Part shown: positions 1 through 14,277 of the stretch, in pieces
Numbering within the stretch: the first letter of the stretch is position 1
Layout: every line of letters begins with the position of its first letter
Assembly: GCF_006345805.1 (NCBI RefSeq)
Contig: NC_043001.1
Location: forward strand, 41,292,001-41,356,000
Source of the DNA: Octopus sinensis
Lineage: Eukaryota
Direction: 5' to 3'
Length of the DNA: 64,000 bases
Notes under the pieces: model-generated
The model's input: the letters and a program-made list of their open reading frames with translations, nothing else
What the model was told of the DNA's origin: nothing
The model's database searches: none
Translations under genes and position numbers: made by a program

Positions 1-2276
1 AGAAAAAGGTCTTCACTGTTCATTCTGGGTAAAACGACCAACAGACTGAGTAGAAAAGATGATTGCAGAAAATGAAATGGAATGAGATAAGGATGGAGAA
101 ATATAAGAGATAGCAATAGCTGATGGTAATAAGAAAGAGACTAATGGAAGCTCCATGTTTGCTAACAAGAGAGAGCAAGTGATAGTTGTGGAAATGGTCA
201 AAGGTGCGAGAGTGTGACAGAAATTAATGAGTAACTGGGGGAGAGGGAGGGTTGTAGTAGCAGTTAGAAGTATAGAAGGGTGATGTTCACTCATAGGAGA
301 GTGTCTGATGAATAGTCAGGAGTACATACACATATATACATACATGCACTCATGAATGCATATACACTTGCATAAATGCACAGATAACACATGCACGCAC
401 ACATGCACATGCAAATCTGTGTCTATATGATCAGAATTTGCAAAAAAAAAAGATTTAATTTTCAATTGAGTGATGTCAGTTTACTCCTCTTACCTGTGAT
501 TTATGGTTATTGTAAAAATGATGAGGGGGAGATTTTTTTTTTTTGAAAAATAAAGTATATATTTATATATTTAAAACTACACAATACTTTGTAAAATGTG
601 AAATAATTAGAATTTGAATATTTTGATATATTGTTCAAATATAAAAAACAACAGTGTTGATATTTTAATAATCTTAGTTCTTTCATGAACTACATTTTGT
701 AAGTGTAATAGTGTAGCAGTGGTAAAGTCATGTTAGGAAAGTTATTGTCAGAGCAAAATCTTTTTATGAAAAACAAAATAAAATAAATGAAAACTTAAGA
801 GCAAGCCATAAATGATTTTTTAAAAAAGTGACTTTAGTATGAAAGGTCCATTTTGATTAAACAATCCTCAAAAATTCTGAACTAAAGACCTTTTCATTGA
901 TATATTAATAAGTGCAATTATGGTGTCAAAGTGTTCACTCTGATACTTGGCACATTTCTTGGAAGGTGAATTTTGTTAAATCTATAAATGACGATGCCTT
1001 ATTGAGATGTCAAATATCAGGATATAAAGAAAATAATGAAATAAAAATATCCATACAAAAAAAAAATGCAAAACAAAAAGAAATAAATTGTCATACTGGC
1101 AAGTGGTATAATATAATTCAACTAAATTATAGCAAATATTTAAACTTTACAATCTTTTCTGTACATTCTGGCAAAGTAGACTAACTGAAAAACTTCTTGA
1201 TGATCTATGCCAATGGAATAGTGATGTACCTTAATTGTCAAATATCCCAATCTGTTTTGCAGTAGAATATGTAATAGTGAATGGAAGTTTACTCATGTAA
1301 AAAGGAGACATCCTGTAATTAAATGAGTTTTATTAGCAGTGCCGCTTTATAATTTATGAGCATAAAATGCAACAGGTACGACATTTCGATAAAGAGAAAG
1401 GAAGTTGAAAGGAAAAGAAGAAAATGAGAAACTTCCTTTAAATGCTTTGAAGGTTGATACAAGCTGCAACATATCTGCAATACTTTCTTGTAAAAGGAAA
1501 AAAAATTACTTCCACTGTAAAGTACGAAGAGTCTACTTTGATTAAACATTGAAAATTCAGTTTATGTGCTTGTTATGGTAGCTAACTAGAACTAGAGATA
1601 TCTGTATCTCTAAACATTTTCATATGCACATACACACACACAATATAGTGGCAATTTGTTTTACTGAAGATTCAGCCTGTATTTAGCCAGTTTTGCTTAC
1701 TGACTCTTTCCTTTTGCTCTACAGAACCTCTATATGGTCACTCTATCTACTAGAAATAACAGCTAAATCTTCAAATCACATTCACACCATCTTTAAAAAA
1801 AGAACACATTGAATGACATGTTCCTACATGTTTGAAAAATGGAAATACCTGACAAAATGTCTCCTTGAGATAAAATAAGATTAAGTCACTCACATTTCTT
1901 TTAAAAAAAACTAAAAAAAAAAAACAAAACCAAAACAAAACATAGAACAGGTCAGGCTAAAGCAAAAGTGTAAAAAGTTGAATTTAGATGCAAAGAGGAA
2001 CTGGATTAGCACTTTTTCCCATCTATACAAGTTCCCTCTTTCTTAGATACAAGATATTTCTAAATGTTTCTAGTATTCATTTTCTTTTACCAGTCTCAAT
2101 TTATATATTTTATGCCAATAATCTAGATTTAAATAACAGAAATAAAATAATAAGCAAAGATATGATAATTGATAAAAAATATGTATACATACAATTTCAC
2201 TGTCATGACAGTGATTACTGAGTCATTTCTCTTATTAGAGAGTACTAATATACATTCGTGTATGGTATGTGTGTGT

Positions 2277-2288
2277 GAGAGAGAAAGA

Positions 2289-2342
<54 letters not shown>
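2277..2342. repeat. (GA)n microsatellite
   Basis: Direct reading. Confidence 0.97.
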
Positions 2343-2345
<3 letters not shown>

Positions 2346-3469
2346 TGAATTGTTTCTTCAGACAAGTTATTTCCTTTATTAAATTGAGGCCATATTTTTG
2401 TTGCAACATTGTTTTTATTAATTCATAGAAAAGCCTTTCTTTATGATAACTGGAAAATTTAAACAAATTTATTTAAATATTAAATTACTTTACAAGAGTG
2501 AAATAATGTGCAATTCACATATAAAATTGGTGGTCACAGCTGAAAAATGATGTCTGTTTTCAACTTAATGAATGAACATTTAGCAATATAAGACTCATTT
2601 ATATTTTTCACACTTGTAATGTTTGATTGAAATTGTATTATAAAGTACTTAAAAAAATTGAATGACAAAATTTAAAACAAAACGTGTCAAAAAATAAATT
2701 CATAATATATTTTCCACCTTTCTCATAACCTTTGTAATATTGACATTTTTGGCACATTCATATTAAGTGGACTGTATTGTAGGTGATGTACGAATGGTTA
2801 TAGCAGAAAGTAACTGTTTTTGTTTTCTTTCGTAATTTGGCATTTAAACGTTTCTCATATTGAATGATAGGAGATTGTGAGGAATCCTAATTGTATATAT
2901 ATTTTGATGTAGAGACATATCTGGAATTTCTTTACAATGCTTCATTGAAAGAATTTCTGTCCGAAATTATTTGTTGTCATTATCATTTGTCAATAGAATG
3001 TGAAAGAACTAAAAAATTCAGAAACTGAACTTTGCAAAAGATAAAGTAAGAGTAATAATTTATAACATGTCAGAAAAATAAGACATATCATCTTTCAAAT
3101 AATATTGGCTTCTTAGTTATGAAGCTTTAAACAAACAGATTCATCTCAGTGACAAAAACAGAGATAGATATAAGATATAATTTATGATATATGACTCTTG
3201 TGGTTAGTTATCTTAACCGTATGTACATCTCCACATCTCTTAAATGATATTCAATTGATCAAAGTCCAATTTTCTTTTAAGAGTAAAGGGATGAGGAACT
3301 ATGAAATGCATTGAGATTTCACAAAAGCTACTGTGGGGTTTCAACCATTATTAAATGGTTACACTACATGTCTACAAGAAAACTTCATAGTTGATAATAT
3401 GACTTATCTTATTTTTTAATTATTTCAACCATTAGATGTAGCATTACCCTGAAGAATTTAATCAAACAA

Positions 3470-3778
3470 ATCAACCCCAGTACATATTTTTATATTTTTT
3501 TAAAGTCTGGTGCTTATCCTGTTGGTCTCTTTTGTCAAGCCTTTAAGTTATGGGGATGTAAACAAACCAACACCAGTTATCAAGCAGTAACGAGGGGGGG
3601 ATGAAAACAAAGGCACACACACATATATATGACTGGCTTCTTTCAGTTTTTGACAATCAAAGCCACTCACATGGCTTTGGTTGACCTGGAGCAGTACTAG
3701 AAGACACTTGCCCAAGATGCCACACAATAGGACTGAACCTGGAACCACGTGTTTAGAAAGCAAACAGCTTACCACACA
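3470..3778 (-). mobile_element. Family A SINE copy
   Basis: Homologous to 49281-49636. Confidence 0.75.
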
Positions 3779-4084
3779 ATTTGTTAATCAATTGGCAATA
3801 TATCAGTGAATTATAAAAAAGAACTATTGATTAGTTGACATCAGTACTACGATGCAAAGAAAACCTTATTCAAAATAATTCTAGAGTCAATATATTTCAA
3901 AATTAACAATCAAAATTAGTGTAATTTTAAAAAATATTAAAAATTGAAAACAGAAACACTCCTCATTGTGACAATTTGTGAGTAATTAGACTTTTCTATG
4001 AATTTTCTTGAATTGCTTTTTCCTAACAGGGACATCTAAAAAGTTCTTATTAAAGAACATTTTTAGAAAGAGGTAACTATCTTA

Positions 4085-4452
4085 CAAACAATAACTCTGA
4101 GCACCTTTTCAAACTCCACCTGTCTAACAACCATGGACATGTTTACAAAGTCAGAAAACAGCACAGCTCCCATGACTTTAGGAGACATTTTTTTACGCTA
4201 AGAGTTGCTGAAGTATGGAACAAACTGCTGGCACCAGTTGTTAATTGTCAGAGCACTGCATCCTTCAAAACTTCCATGCTTCCTGATTTTCACCAACATT
4301 ACACCTGATTTTCTCCCCTCCATATACACACAAGCATGTATCTGACTCATACACTGTTCAGACATTTGTACATTACTGCTTATGCTTTACATGCACTTTT
4401 GACAAGTTGTGGTGCACCTGAGCACTGTATACAATAATTTCATTATTATTAT
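4085..4452 (+). mobile_element. CR1-like LINE 3' end
   Basis: Encodes HGHVYKVRKQHSSHDFRRHFFTLRVAEVWNKL..VVNC..TASFK, the typical CR1 ORF2 C-terminus, then a 3' UTR ending in (ATT)n. Confidence 0.7.
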
Positions 4453-4895
4453 CATATGAAGCCTTTGATAAGACACTCACCTAAATACATTCATCATAAG
4501 CAGCATCTATTCAGTTGTAAGCTTAGTTAATCAATGTACCAAAACATAAGTATACTAACCCTATTTCCATATAAGTAACATCTTGAAATAACTATGTATC
4601 TTAAATTTTTCTTCTTAATTTAACATGAATAGTCATGAAGTTATTTAAATTCCAATGTAATAGTAAATTGAAAGGAATGACTTACTAAAATAATGTGTAG
4701 TATTGACTTGAAAATTTGAAAAAACATGAATTATTGAAAGCCAATCTCAAAATGCTGAGCCTTATGAAGGAGGTGACAGAGGACTGAGATATGCAGTGCA
4801 TAGCTGTACTCAAGAAGACCTACCCACCACAACAGAATTGATATCTGAAAACCAAGGTGTTACATAAAAACATCGGTATTGATGCTGGTTCTACA

Positions 4896-5030
4896 TAAAA
4901 AGCACTGTGATGGTACCCTGTAAAAAGCACTGTGATGGTACCTTGTAAAAAGCACTGTGATGGTACTCTGTAAAAAGCACTGTGATGGTACCCTGTAAAA
5001 AGCACTGTGATAGTTCCATTTAAAAAGCTC
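4896..5030. repeat. 25-bp minisatellite x5 (taaaaagcactgtgatggtaccctg) inside a family B copy
   Basis: Unit starts at 4896, 4921, 4946, 4971 and 4996. Confidence 0.92.
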
Positions 5031-5589
5031 CTAGTACACTCAGTAAAATGGTTGGCATTATGAAGGACATCCAGTTGAAGAAACTAAGTCAAAACAGACT
5101 ATGAAACTTGGGGTGGCCCCTGGCCTTGCCAGTTCCTGTCAAGCTGTCCAGCCCATGCCATCATGGATGTTAAATGCTGGGGATGATGATGATGTAACCA
5201 TATATTATAGTACTTCTTTGTATGCATTGTTATTCTTATCACTGATATACATGGTGACCTCCTTTTACTAGCAAATGATAGTATGATAATGAAACACTAG
5301 TAAAACAACATCTAGTATATTCAATGTCTGCTTTGATATTTATGATATTTATAGTTCACAATTTTGGTGTTTATAAGCATAGAATATAGTAATTTTATAG
5401 GTACGATATGAATTTTCATCAAACAAAAATCAATTATTTATTTAGCCCTATGCTTCTTTACCCACAATACAATGTTGGAGTAGGATAATACCTGTGAAAA
5501 AAGTGGCATGGAGATCTTTTTAGATAATTTTGGGGGTTTCCCAAGCTAATAAGAGGCTGATGTGAAAGACTACGTTATTATTATTTTGA

Positions 5590-7372
5590 AGGCAATAAGC
5601 CAACAGAATTGTTAGCATGCTGGACAAATGCTTGGTGGCATTTCTTCCAGCTCCACATTCAGAGTTCAAATTCAGCTGAGGTCAACTTTGTCTTTTGTCC
5701 TTTTAGGACCGATAAAATAAGTACCAGTTGAGTACTGAAATTGGTGTAACTGAATTCCGCATCCCCTCAAAATTTCAGGTCTTGTGTCTATAGTAGAAAG
5801 GATTATTATTATTTAATAATAATAATAATAATAAGGGGTTGAGCCAGCATAATCATGAGCCTGTGGGACCACATGCCCTGTGGCATTCTTCTGGCTTTTT
5901 CATGTTCTGAGTCCAAATTCCACTGAGAGCCAGCTTTACCTTTCATTCTTTTGAGATTGATAGAATAAATTACCAGTTATGTATTAGGGTCAATGTGATT
6001 GACTTGCCCTCTCCACCTAAAATTGCTGGCCTAGTGCAAACATTTTGAAACAATTATTATTGTAATCATCATCATTATTATTATTATTAAGTTAGTGCAT
6101 ACTAATTTAGTTAGCAGGCATTTTATCTTGAGATTTAGTGACAAGTTTCCTCAAATCTTGAAGAGTTGTTCTCAAGTGGTGCAAAAGCATCATCCATCAG
6201 AAATAGGAAATCGCCAACAAATGGTGATGCAGCGACATGCTGTTACAGTGTATGCCCCCATACCACCACCACCGCCATCACTAATAATAATAATAATAAT
6301 AATAATTATTATTATTGTAGTGGATTGACAGAATCATGAGAGCATTGGAGGCAATACATTGCAGTATTTTTTCTAGCTCTTTTTTGTCTTGGGATTCAAT
6401 CCCACCAGGGTTCAATTTGCTTTTCATTTCTCTGAGGCTGATAAAAATCCTAGCTGTCCCTAACAGAGCAGTTTTTGAGGCATACTCTACCCACATGTCA
6501 ATTCCAGTTTCTCTGACCTACTTCTCAAACTTGGTTGTTAATGCTGTGAGTGCCCCTGCAACAACTGGGATGACAGTTACTCTCTTCACTGTCTGCATTA
6601 TTATCATTATTAGTTAAGCAGTGGGGTCGTAAGGAAATGATGTAATAAACTAACACTTCCCCCCAAAATTGCTGGCTTTGTGCCAAAATTAGAAACAAGT
6701 AAAGGCAGTGATTGACAACATCATTAGAGCATGGGGGGGGGGAGAAGAATGCCTTACTATAATTATTCTGGTTCTTTACATTCTGAGTTCAAATCTCACT
6801 GAAGTCAACATCATCTTCCATCCCTTTGAGGTTGATAACATGATATACTAAATGAGTACTGGGGTTGATATAACTGACTAATACACTCTCATTAATACAG
6901 CTGGTGTTGTAGTTAAATGAGAAACCATCATCATCATCATCACCATTATCATTATATTTATAATTTCTCAGAGATCTTGATCTTATTTGTTCTTGTTAAT
7001 CCTGTGAGAGCAGCATCCTGTTGTCAAAAGTCTCACGAGGTCCCTTTCCACAAATTATAAGACTTGGTACATAGCTGTTAAGTATCACAGAAGATACTCA
7101 ACACCCAAGTACCAATCTGAAAATCCTAGCTGTCCCCAATAGAGCTGTTTTTGGGAGCATGCTCTGCCCTCATGTCAAATTTTTAAAACTTGGTTGAAAT
7201 GCTCAGGAGTATTTTGTCTGCTGCTACATTCTGAGTTCAAATTCCACCGAGGTTGACTTTCATCCTTTCAGAGTTGATTAAATAAGTACCAGTTATGCAC
7301 TGGGGTCGATGTAATTGACTTAATCCCTTCTCCAAAATTTGAGGCCTTGTCTTCCAGTAGAAAGAATTATTA
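5590..7372 (+). mobile_element. Cluster of at least 4-5 tRNA-like SINE copies (family C), each ending in (ATT)n/(ATC)n
   Basis: Recurring ttctgagttcaaatt..gaggt(c/t)gacttt..gataaaataagtaccagtt..ggggtcgatgtaattgact at ~5660, 5905, 6780 and 7228. Further copies lie near 17210 (+) and 44300-44480 (-). Confidence 0.7.
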
Positions 7373-7700
7373 TTATTATCATCATTATTATTATTATTAT
7401 TATGCAGTTTTCAAACTACCAAGAAAGCATGAAAATGGAAGGGTTTGTTTTAGCTTGTTAATGCTGTTGAAAACAACATTTTGTGCAGCTGGATACACTT
7501 TGTATTGCTAACCACTGAGCTATAGAAATGGATTGGAACTTCCTCTTCCTTAATCAAGTAGAGACACAAATGACTGTGGCAACCTGATTTTCGGTGATTT
7601 GCAAGTCATCACCAAAACCAAGCAGTCACCAAGCCTCATTTATGAAATGACTGGCTTTAAATGTAAAACTGCATGGTTACAACTGCTTTATCTAGTTTAA

Positions 7701-7907
7701 CCCTTTTGATACCATCCTTCCTGAGACCTCTTCTAGTCCCATGATACAAATTCACTATTAAAACCTCCCATCAGAATTTCATGTTAATTTATATTCTGAA
7801 CATCAGCTTAAATAATGACAAAATAACTTAACTAAATTCTTCACCATTTTCAAAAGTAATTGAAACAAAAGGCAGTGTATTTCAATGGAAATATAGTAAC
7901 AAAAGTG
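7701..7907 (-). mobile_element. piggyBac-type MITE (same family, reverse orientation)
   Basis: TTAA flanks at 7697-7700 and 7908-7911; interior is the reverse complement of the 45369 copy. Confidence 0.75.
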
Positions 7908-8903
7908 TTAAATCTATGGCTTTGTGTCCAGTTTCTAATTGCATCAAAATTTAATTGAGGAGAAAAGGAAAAAAAAAAAAAAAATACAAACAATGTCAAA
8001 TATGACAATACAAAATAATTTCAACACTATGCATGAGTGTTTTGTGGAAGTTTTTTCTTTTTGTTGCTTTTTAGAGAGTAGAAATATTTTACCTTATATT
8101 TAAAGTCTATCCAGTTCTCAAGTGAATATATAATACTGACATTTCAGACAATAAATATATAGGTTGATAAACAAAATTTAGAGAACAATGCATGAAGGAA
8201 GCAGACTGAAGATTGTGTTTGTGCATGAGTATGAGTGAGTCTGTAATGTGTGTGTGTTGTTTGTTTGTTTGTTTGTTTGTTTCAAACAAAGAATATGATT
8301 CTAAAGTACATTAGCAATTGACTAGGACTTGCAAAGTTTCATTTAGTTTGTTTCTATAGATGCAGGTGAGTGATTTTTCACTAGAAAAAAAAAATTGCTT
8401 TGAGTAATAAATTTTTATATCAAAAATGAATATATAAGTTGATTAGAATCATGATGTACAAATGGAATGCTGAAACAATTTGAAAGGATACCAGTATGTG
8501 ATCATGATATGATGATGGTACAAACTAGTTGAGAACTATAACAATATCAACATCTGCAATAAGGTCTTTCTTCATTGATTAAAAAAACAAAAATTAAGAA
8601 ACTTAACAGAAAATATTACAAAAGAATAACATCTGAAATATTTCCTAATAATGTATAATCAAGGTAACTGAATTGTGACCAATATTCTAAAGTGGACATT
8701 TGATTGAACTTCATATTTTAAAACATGAAGTACTAAACAAGTACTGGGGTTGATAAAATTAACCAATAAAATAAGTGTTTCATAATTTGTGAAACGCTTT
8801 GTTTATGGCTCTGTTTTCAATCATTCTGTTTTTCACATTGTATGAGTATTAATATTGCACCAACCATTTACTGTTAACTAACAACTTAACAGTAGCTACA
8901 TTG

Positions 8904-9300
8904 TCACTTCTTTAGTGCAGCCATATCTTCATATAAATTTTCATTGATAACATTCTGTTCTGATTCTACACGAATTTCGTTGTTCATAACTTTCACTGTA
9001 TGATGCTTATTAGCATCTTTGTCTAGTTTGCTGTCATATCCAGAAGCCACAGCACCTGCCTCAGCTGTGCATGCTTTGTTGATGTTATTCGTGAGAGCAT
9101 TTTCCATATCATTGACCCCATGGTTTGTTGGTTTGCTGACTTCTTCATATAAGACATTCATATCATTTGTATTCCAGTAGGTATTATTGGCAACAGCTTC
9201 TGTAATTGGAACTGCAGGTACAGTTTCACTATCATTTTTCATCTGAGCATAGAATGTATTCTGAAAGAGGACAGCAGGCTCTTGATATTTCCTTTTAAGC
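8904..9300 (-). CDS. Same gene, terminal coding exon (cytoplasmic tail)
   Basis: Acceptor tttctttgcAG at 9301-9302; phase fits the TM exon (TG+G = Trp). 131 aa, LKRKYQEPAVLFQNTFYAQMKNDSE...VLYEEV...NENLYEDMAALKK*, which includes the 112-aa ORF 8904..9242. Confidence 0.88.
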
Positions 9301-10179
9301 CTGCAAAGAAATTAATTTAAAAAGAAATTTAAGCCAACAGCCAAAGAAATTTGATACAAATATATCAAAGTATCAGACATAAAAAAAAATTAAAATGTGC
9401 ATATGATTTTATTATGCAGCTCATACTACACTGCATGCAAAGGTAATACAATACATCAAACTATATTAAGAATTATCATAAAACAGTTTGTTAACAAACC
9501 CAGATATTTATAATGTTAAAAGCAAGAAAATGTTTCATGTACCATTTTAGTAGTAAGTTCTATCCCTTCACCATACTTCTTTTTTCAGTTTCTAATTTAG
9601 TCAACTCATACAAAAATGAACGAACGAATGCATGCATGCATGTATGTACTGTCATTCTTTAACATCTATTTTCCGTACTAGCATGGGTTGGATATATATA
9701 TATATGTATGATTTTTGTGTGTATATGAACATATCATTATTCAGTGTCTGTTGCCTATGATGGCATGGGTTGGATGGCCTGGCCAGAGCTGGCAAGTTGG
9801 AAGGTTGCACCAGACTCCAGTTTGATTAGGCACGGTTTCTATGCCTGGATGCCCTTCCTAACGCCAACCACTCCAAAAGTGTTATGGGTGCTTTTATGTG
9901 CCACTGACATAGATGCCATTTACAGGACACTGGTATTTGCCATGACTGCAATTTCACTTGGCTTGATGGGTCTTCTTCTCAAGCATGACATAATGCCAAA
10001 GTTCTCAGCCAATGCTCGAAAGGATCTTTTGATGTACCACTAGCAGCTACTTTGCCTCCATGAGGCCCAATGCTTGAAAGGTGCTTTTTATGTACTATTG
10101 GTACGGGTGTCACTTATGTGACACCAGCATCACTCAAAACTATCATTTCACTTGCCTTGATGGGTCTTCTTAAGCACAA

Positions 10180-10500
10180 CATATCGCAAAAGGTCTTGGT
10201 CACTAGTCATTGCCTCTGTGAGGCCCAAACTTTGAAGATCATGCTTCACCACCTCATCCCATGTCTTCCTGAGTCTACCTCTACTATAGGCTCCCTCCAC
10301 AGTTAATGATCAGCACTTCTTTACACAGCTGTCCTAGTCCATATGCATCACATGACCATACAAGCTCAGTCACCTCTCTTGTACACCACATCTGATACCT
10401 CTTATGCTCAATTTTCCTCTCAAGATGCTTACTCTGTCATATATGCACACTGATATTGCACATCCAGTGAAGCATACTGGCCTCATTTCTGGCTGTCACA
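10180..10500 (-). mobile_element. RTE LINE 3' fragment
   Basis: Reverse complement of the 61820-62130 RTE segment. Confidence 0.75.
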
Positions 10501-11049
10501 GACCATCTTTCACTGCCATGTATACACATACACATTTATACACACACACACACATATATATATATATACACACACACATATATATACATATATATAAATA
10601 TATATACATGCAAACAACCATTTCATGTTTGACACCGCTGTTTATCACCAAAATCTGGAATTGCAATAGGAACCAGGGCTGCACCAGACTCTAATCTGAT
10701 CTGGCAATGTTTCTACAGATAGATGCCCTTCCTAATGCCAATCACTCCGAGAGTGTAGTGGGTGCTAATCTGTTTATTTCTCTATATAACTATATATTTC
10801 ACACAAATTTTTCTCGTTCTCTCCCTATTTAAATATGTCTTGCCATCTGTGTCTTGTTCATGATATTCTTTGCTTTTCTTGCATTTTCATGTTTTCTCAG
10901 TCTCCCCTTTCTTTCCCTTACCTTCCCCTCACTGTCTTAGCTGCTTTTCCTCCCTCTGCTGTCCATCACTTGCTCTCCTCTCTCTCTCACCAGAAACTCA
11001 TCCTTCATTTGTTCTCTTCCAGCATTCATAAATCACATGCATGAATACA

Positions 11050-12720
11050 TAAATTCTATGAGGAAAGATATGATGGCAAACAATATATTAAAGATGTTAT
11101 GAAACTGGAAAAATGAGGTGCTGTAATATTTCTTTAGGCAGGGAACATAGCAGACAGAAATCCACCCAACAACCTAATAGCAGCAGCTTTGAAGAGCAAT
11201 AGATTTTCCAGTTTTACAGTGAAAATAGATAGGAAGAAAAATGAATTTAACCATTTTTACACAATCATCAAACCACATGCTGCTAGACACTATCCTTAAA
11301 AATGATGAAGCAAGCGAAGATGAAGGTAGAAACATAGGTGCAAAATAATAGGGGTCCTCCTAATTCTGCAGACACTCAGATAAACAAAGCTGAAGTCCTA
11401 AATGAAAAGTCCGACAAAGAAGGCAACACTAGAGCAACCAACTCTGAATCTGTTAATGGAAATAATCACACACACACAAAAAAAATAAATAAAAGAAAAG
11501 TAGAGGACTAAAACAAAGTAGCTAAAATTCCTGCCACACAGAGCTATCATGAGCAGAAACAAACTAAATCAAGAAACACTAGCTATAACCCCAAAATATA
11601 AACAAAAGTCAAAAAAAGACTTTTGGGAAGAGGAAGAAGCAAAAGGAAATGCACACAGGTAATCAGTGAATTTTACCTGTAAGGCACTTGTTGGCATGGG
11701 AAAAAATGGTGCAAAACTGTCATTTTGAGCACCTGAAACCTTTGTTACAGCTGTACCCGACAAGGTGACAAACTTCTTCTAACAAGTAACACGAGAAAAA
11801 CAGAGTTGTCAAAAGGGAACAGATGGCATACTGTCTCCTCCTAAAAGAACACACAGATGTAGTACTCATCATGTCAATCAACTCAGATGTAGTAAAAAAA
11901 GGTATAAGCTAAGCAGCAATATTTTTTGAGCATGACACAAAAGATTGTGTGGTAGCTAACCTGGCAACATTGGAGTTAAAATCAGAGGAATATCTACCAA
12001 CACACAAAGTCATGACCAACAACAGGTCCAGGGGTGGAAGTGGGGCACTTCTGACACCTGTGAAAATGTCACACCAGTTATTCTATTGAATGTTAGAGGC
12101 TTATTATAACTTAGTAAACAAAACCAAAATTCATTACCTGAGAGACATCTTGCTGCAATCAATCACACTCATATATCTGACACCTGATACAGCAGATGCA
12201 GAAATAAACATATGAAAGCATGTTGTATTGTAAATTGATAGAAAAGGAGTCATGGTAGAATTGCAATGTACCTCCATGAAGACCTCACAGCTCTTATCCT
12301 GCTGTCATATTCACACTATATGTGAAAAACCAATAGTACATACAACTTAAAATAGTTATAAGTACTACATTTTGTCCAGCAGAGGCCCCAAATCATATGG
12401 TTAAGTTTGAAGATTGCCTTACAATAATAGAAGCAGTACTAGTCAAAATGGGTCAGTGTACCTCTTATGGGAAACTTCAACCTACCCAATCTCAGATAGC
12501 CCAAATGCCACATTCTCTCAGGAATGATGCAAAATGAACAAAAAAAAAAAAAAAAAAATCAAGCACACAATCTTAAACTTGTTATGCCTTGAAGAACAAT
12601 AATCTATGTAAGGACATATGCTGATCAGAGGTTCAGCTCACCTTCACATTGACCTTATCACTATTTCTCACCTTGTTGACCTTGTACAGCTCTCACAAGC
12701 CATTAGTGTACTCCAAACAT
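11050..12720 (+). mobile_element. Degraded LINE: ORF1 (CCCH-like) and AP-endonuclease remnants
   Basis: GTCWHGK..GANCHFEH-like segment near 11680-11740 and an LLNVRG endonuclease start near 12084; many stops and frameshifts. Confidence 0.5.
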
Positions 12721-12729
12721 CCTCAGTGA

Positions 12730-13620
12730 ACACCAGATAGAGTGGGGAACACTGTGAAAGGGTTTGGGACTTATTCCTAGTTCTCTTTTAACTGTATCAC
12801 TTGAAGGATGGTATGAATGGTACTTCTTGGTACTAAACCATACTGCATTGCATCTATGTTAATTCTCTTCCTAATCAATTGCAGTATTGTAATTTCCTTC
12901 CTCTTGTCTTTACGGTTGACAATGATACTGCCATGCTAGTCATTAGGTATGACAAATTCCAGTGCAATCTGATTTACTATATTTGTGATAGGTCATATCT
13001 CATTCTGCTACATATTTTAAGTAGCTCAGCTGGGATTCCTGATGGACAAAAAGTAACTTCCCTGATTTTTGTTAGGTCAACTTAGCATAGACCTGTTTTC
13101 CCTCACATATTCTTTGCATTCAGTAACTTCTTATAATAGTACTTCCATGTTTCTTTCTTTTCATTGACTAAAAAAATGAATGAGGTAATTCCATCCACAC
13201 TTCTCCCCAATGTCTTGATTTAGTCTCACAAACTATCTTGCAATTCAGAATACCTTATGCCACTGATTTTCAAATCTTAAGACATTGGCAAACCTTTTAT
13301 TCTCAGCTAAATATACCCGAAGTTCTCTTCTTGCAACTTAGCATTGCTCTTTACTGTCCTGTCTCAGCCAAGGCTAACTCTTAGCCTTTACAACTCTGTC
13401 TATGGAGCTTGCTCTCAGCAAGTTATTCTGTAGAAATTCCTAGATGTCCTCTGCATTATTATTTTATACCTTCCTATTTCTGTCTTGTCCCATGCATCTA
13501 TAAATAGATCATTTACCCTACTATGGGTTGTCTGCCCTTTCAACTTCCTTGTCTTCCTCTAGAATGTCTCCTGTCTCTGAGTCCATCTAACTTTTACTCC
13601 TATGTCACTAACCATTAGTC
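12730..13620 (-). mobile_element. Degraded LINE ORF2 fragment
   Basis: Interrupted LINE-like coding remnants on the minus strand; family not determined. Confidence 0.35.
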
Positions 13621-14277
13621 ATACATAAGCAAAAATTTTCATATGCAAATGAAGTAAGCTGAAACTTCAAAGGCACTGTTATCCTTTTCTTTTAAAAATT
13701 GATAGATATGTGTTCTACTAAAAAGTATTGAGTAATCCTTCAATTTAATGTTAAATTGTTTTTATATATAACTTGACATGAAGACAAATATCACTATTTG
13801 TTTTCATGTCAAATTAAATACCCTTAGCCATTCAAAATTAAATGAAGACTTGACTTCACTTCAGCATTTATTATTATAAGATGTTAAAATTTTCAATGCA
13901 CAAACATTGACCTGGTTACTGATAAATTTACACACATCTCAGTGATGCAGTGTAATCTTGTTGGCAACCAGTTTGCAGTTTGTGTGATGAAAATTTTGAC
14001 ATTCTATTACAAATAATAAATGTTTGAGAGAAGTTAACAATATGTGTCTTTTTTACTAGCTAAGATGTACCTTCCATACTGCAATTGTCTTAGTTTCAAA
14101 CTTTCAACTCACAGTTGTGGATCAAATCACAGGATAAGCTACCCCTATTTTGCAGAAAAAAGTGTTGGCAGCCGGCTAGGAGATATTTTTTTTTTTAATC
14201 AAGCTTCAGCTCGTGAGCTGTGGCCATGCTGGGGCATCACCATTTGGTATTGCCACATAATTTTACTTCACAAATGC

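Noticed and set aside
1-320. Purine-skewed blocks (also ~41450-41700, ~51480-51800 and reverse ~28230-28880) as coding regions
   Set aside because: No credible protein motifs; probably very old repeat remnants that could not be classified by eye.
1340-1375. Plus-strand 36-nt candidate exon (CRFIIYEHKMQQ)
   Set aside because: Weak polypyrimidine tract and no partner exons.
2129-2466. ORFs with SLSL/CVCV/YIYI runs (also 10404, 15423, 33671, 42568, 51994, 61083 and others)
   Set aside because: Translations of microsatellites, not genes.
8360-8365. Plus-strand 6-nt microexon (tttctatAG-ATGCAG-GTgagt)
   Set aside because: The splice signals are good, but no plus-strand gene was found to host it; likely chance.
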